Assembly: GCF_001194135.2 (NCBI RefSeq)
Contig: NC_068985.1
Location: forward strand, 41,392,757 to 41,456,756
Reading direction: 5' to 3'
DNA from: Octopus bimaculoides
Taxonomy: Eukaryota
DNA: 64,000 bases
The stretch's first letter is position 1, and every line of letters begins with the position of its first letter. Below, in pieces: positions 63,233-64,000 of this stretch. Position numbers and translations under genes: made by a program. Below the pieces are notes generated by a model. The model searched no databases, had not been told where the DNA came from, and was given only the letters and a program-made list of their open reading frames with translations.

Positions 63233-63787
63233 CCTGAGGCAGTACCAGGCGGTGGCTCTCATGGCTTCTGATCTTAACTGATTAGAAGTGTTATCATGTA
63301 CATTGCTTTGTTTTGGTATAAAAGATGCGCTACAGCAAATATTCTGCTCAATTCCACAGATTTGCGTGTCCGTTGTATGACCTTAACCAGTTGAGCATGT
63401 CCCTTGGTGGCTGACGATATGTGCATCTCTGATCATGAGCAGAAGTAATAGGGGAACATCATAGCCATGTGTTGAGAAGAATTCTTTGGGGTTTGCATAA
63501 TTCACCTCTGGAAATATGGGTGTTTTGTTCATCATCTTAAACAAACCTTATTCGGGGAGCTTTTGAGTGGGATGGGCTACTTGACCTGAAAAAAATTCTA
63601 ACTAGACTCCACCTGCAAGGTCGTGCGCTGTTTATCATCTTATAACATCACCATGTTGCGTACACATACGTGTGATGCATGTGCCTGGTGTACCCTTTCA
63701 GACGGTTAATCACGATGGGTATGTCGGGCTTCTTATATTTGTACCTCAGTGTCACTTTGGAGGCATGCACTGATTTTTCACTCAATG
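63233..63787. repeat. Unclassified ~550-bp element embedded in (AAT/GAT)n
   Basis: Sharp-edged complex sequence with the same microsatellite on both sides. I recall it as an abundant octopus repeat, but it has only one copy here. Confidence 0.5.
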
Positions 63788-63839
<52 letters not shown>

Positions 63840-63840
<1 letters not shown>

Positions 63841-64000
63841 CCTTTCTACCATAGGCAGAAGGCCCACTTTTTTTTTGAGGAGTGAGTCAGTTAAGTACAT
63901 CGAACAGCCCCGAAGGATGAAATGCAAAGTCGACCTCAGAACGTAAAGCCAGAATAAATATCGCCAATCATTTTTCTGACGCTCTAACGATTCTGTTTGT
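63840..64000 (-). mobile_element. SINE-A with internal deletions, following (AAT)n
   Basis: CCTTTCTACCATAGGCAGAAGGCC..CCCGAAGGATGAAATGCAAAGTCGACCTC..AACGATTCTG. Confidence 0.8.

Noticed and set aside
1414-63946. Many long ORFs in the track (poly-X, HT/CV/YI repeats, poly-Q/T/V/G/H)
   Set aside because: They are translations of N-runs and di-/trinucleotide microsatellites, with no start, splice or homology support.
20637-64000. Recurrent ~210-bp repeats as a CRISPR-like array
   Set aside because: They are dispersed, diverged Pol III SINEs with A/B boxes. There is no regular repeat-spacer periodicity and no cas gene, and the context is eukaryotic.

Overview
AT-rich eukaryotic genomic DNA that is almost entirely repeats, probably intronic or intergenic. 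About 9 kb (~14%) is assembly gaps, most of them bordered by microsatellites. The SINE families and extreme di-/tri-/tetranucleotide microsatellite load suggest a coleoid cephalopod (octopus-like) genome; this is an inference from recognition, not a search. I recognise no host protein-coding gene, and most ORF-track entries are microsatellite or N-run artefacts. Supported content: Tc1/mariner remnants (two DD37D maT copies, several mariner copies), a Tigger/pogo element, hAT MITEs, four R4/Dong-like REL non-LTR fragments, RTE, L1/Tx1 and Penelope fragments, three tRNA-derived SINE families (my labels A, B, C; about 25 copies of A) and one tRNA-Asp(GTC)-derived sequence. The best leads are mechanistic: (1) a TSD-flanked pre-tRNA-Asp + SINE chimeric retrocopy; (2) SINE-A tandems and insertions tied to its own AATATT tail; (3) R4/Dong copies stacked in (AAT)n; (4) hammerhead-like motifs in an inverted repeat pair; (5) a ~230-bp-arm foldback; (6) a hAT MITE nested inside itself.
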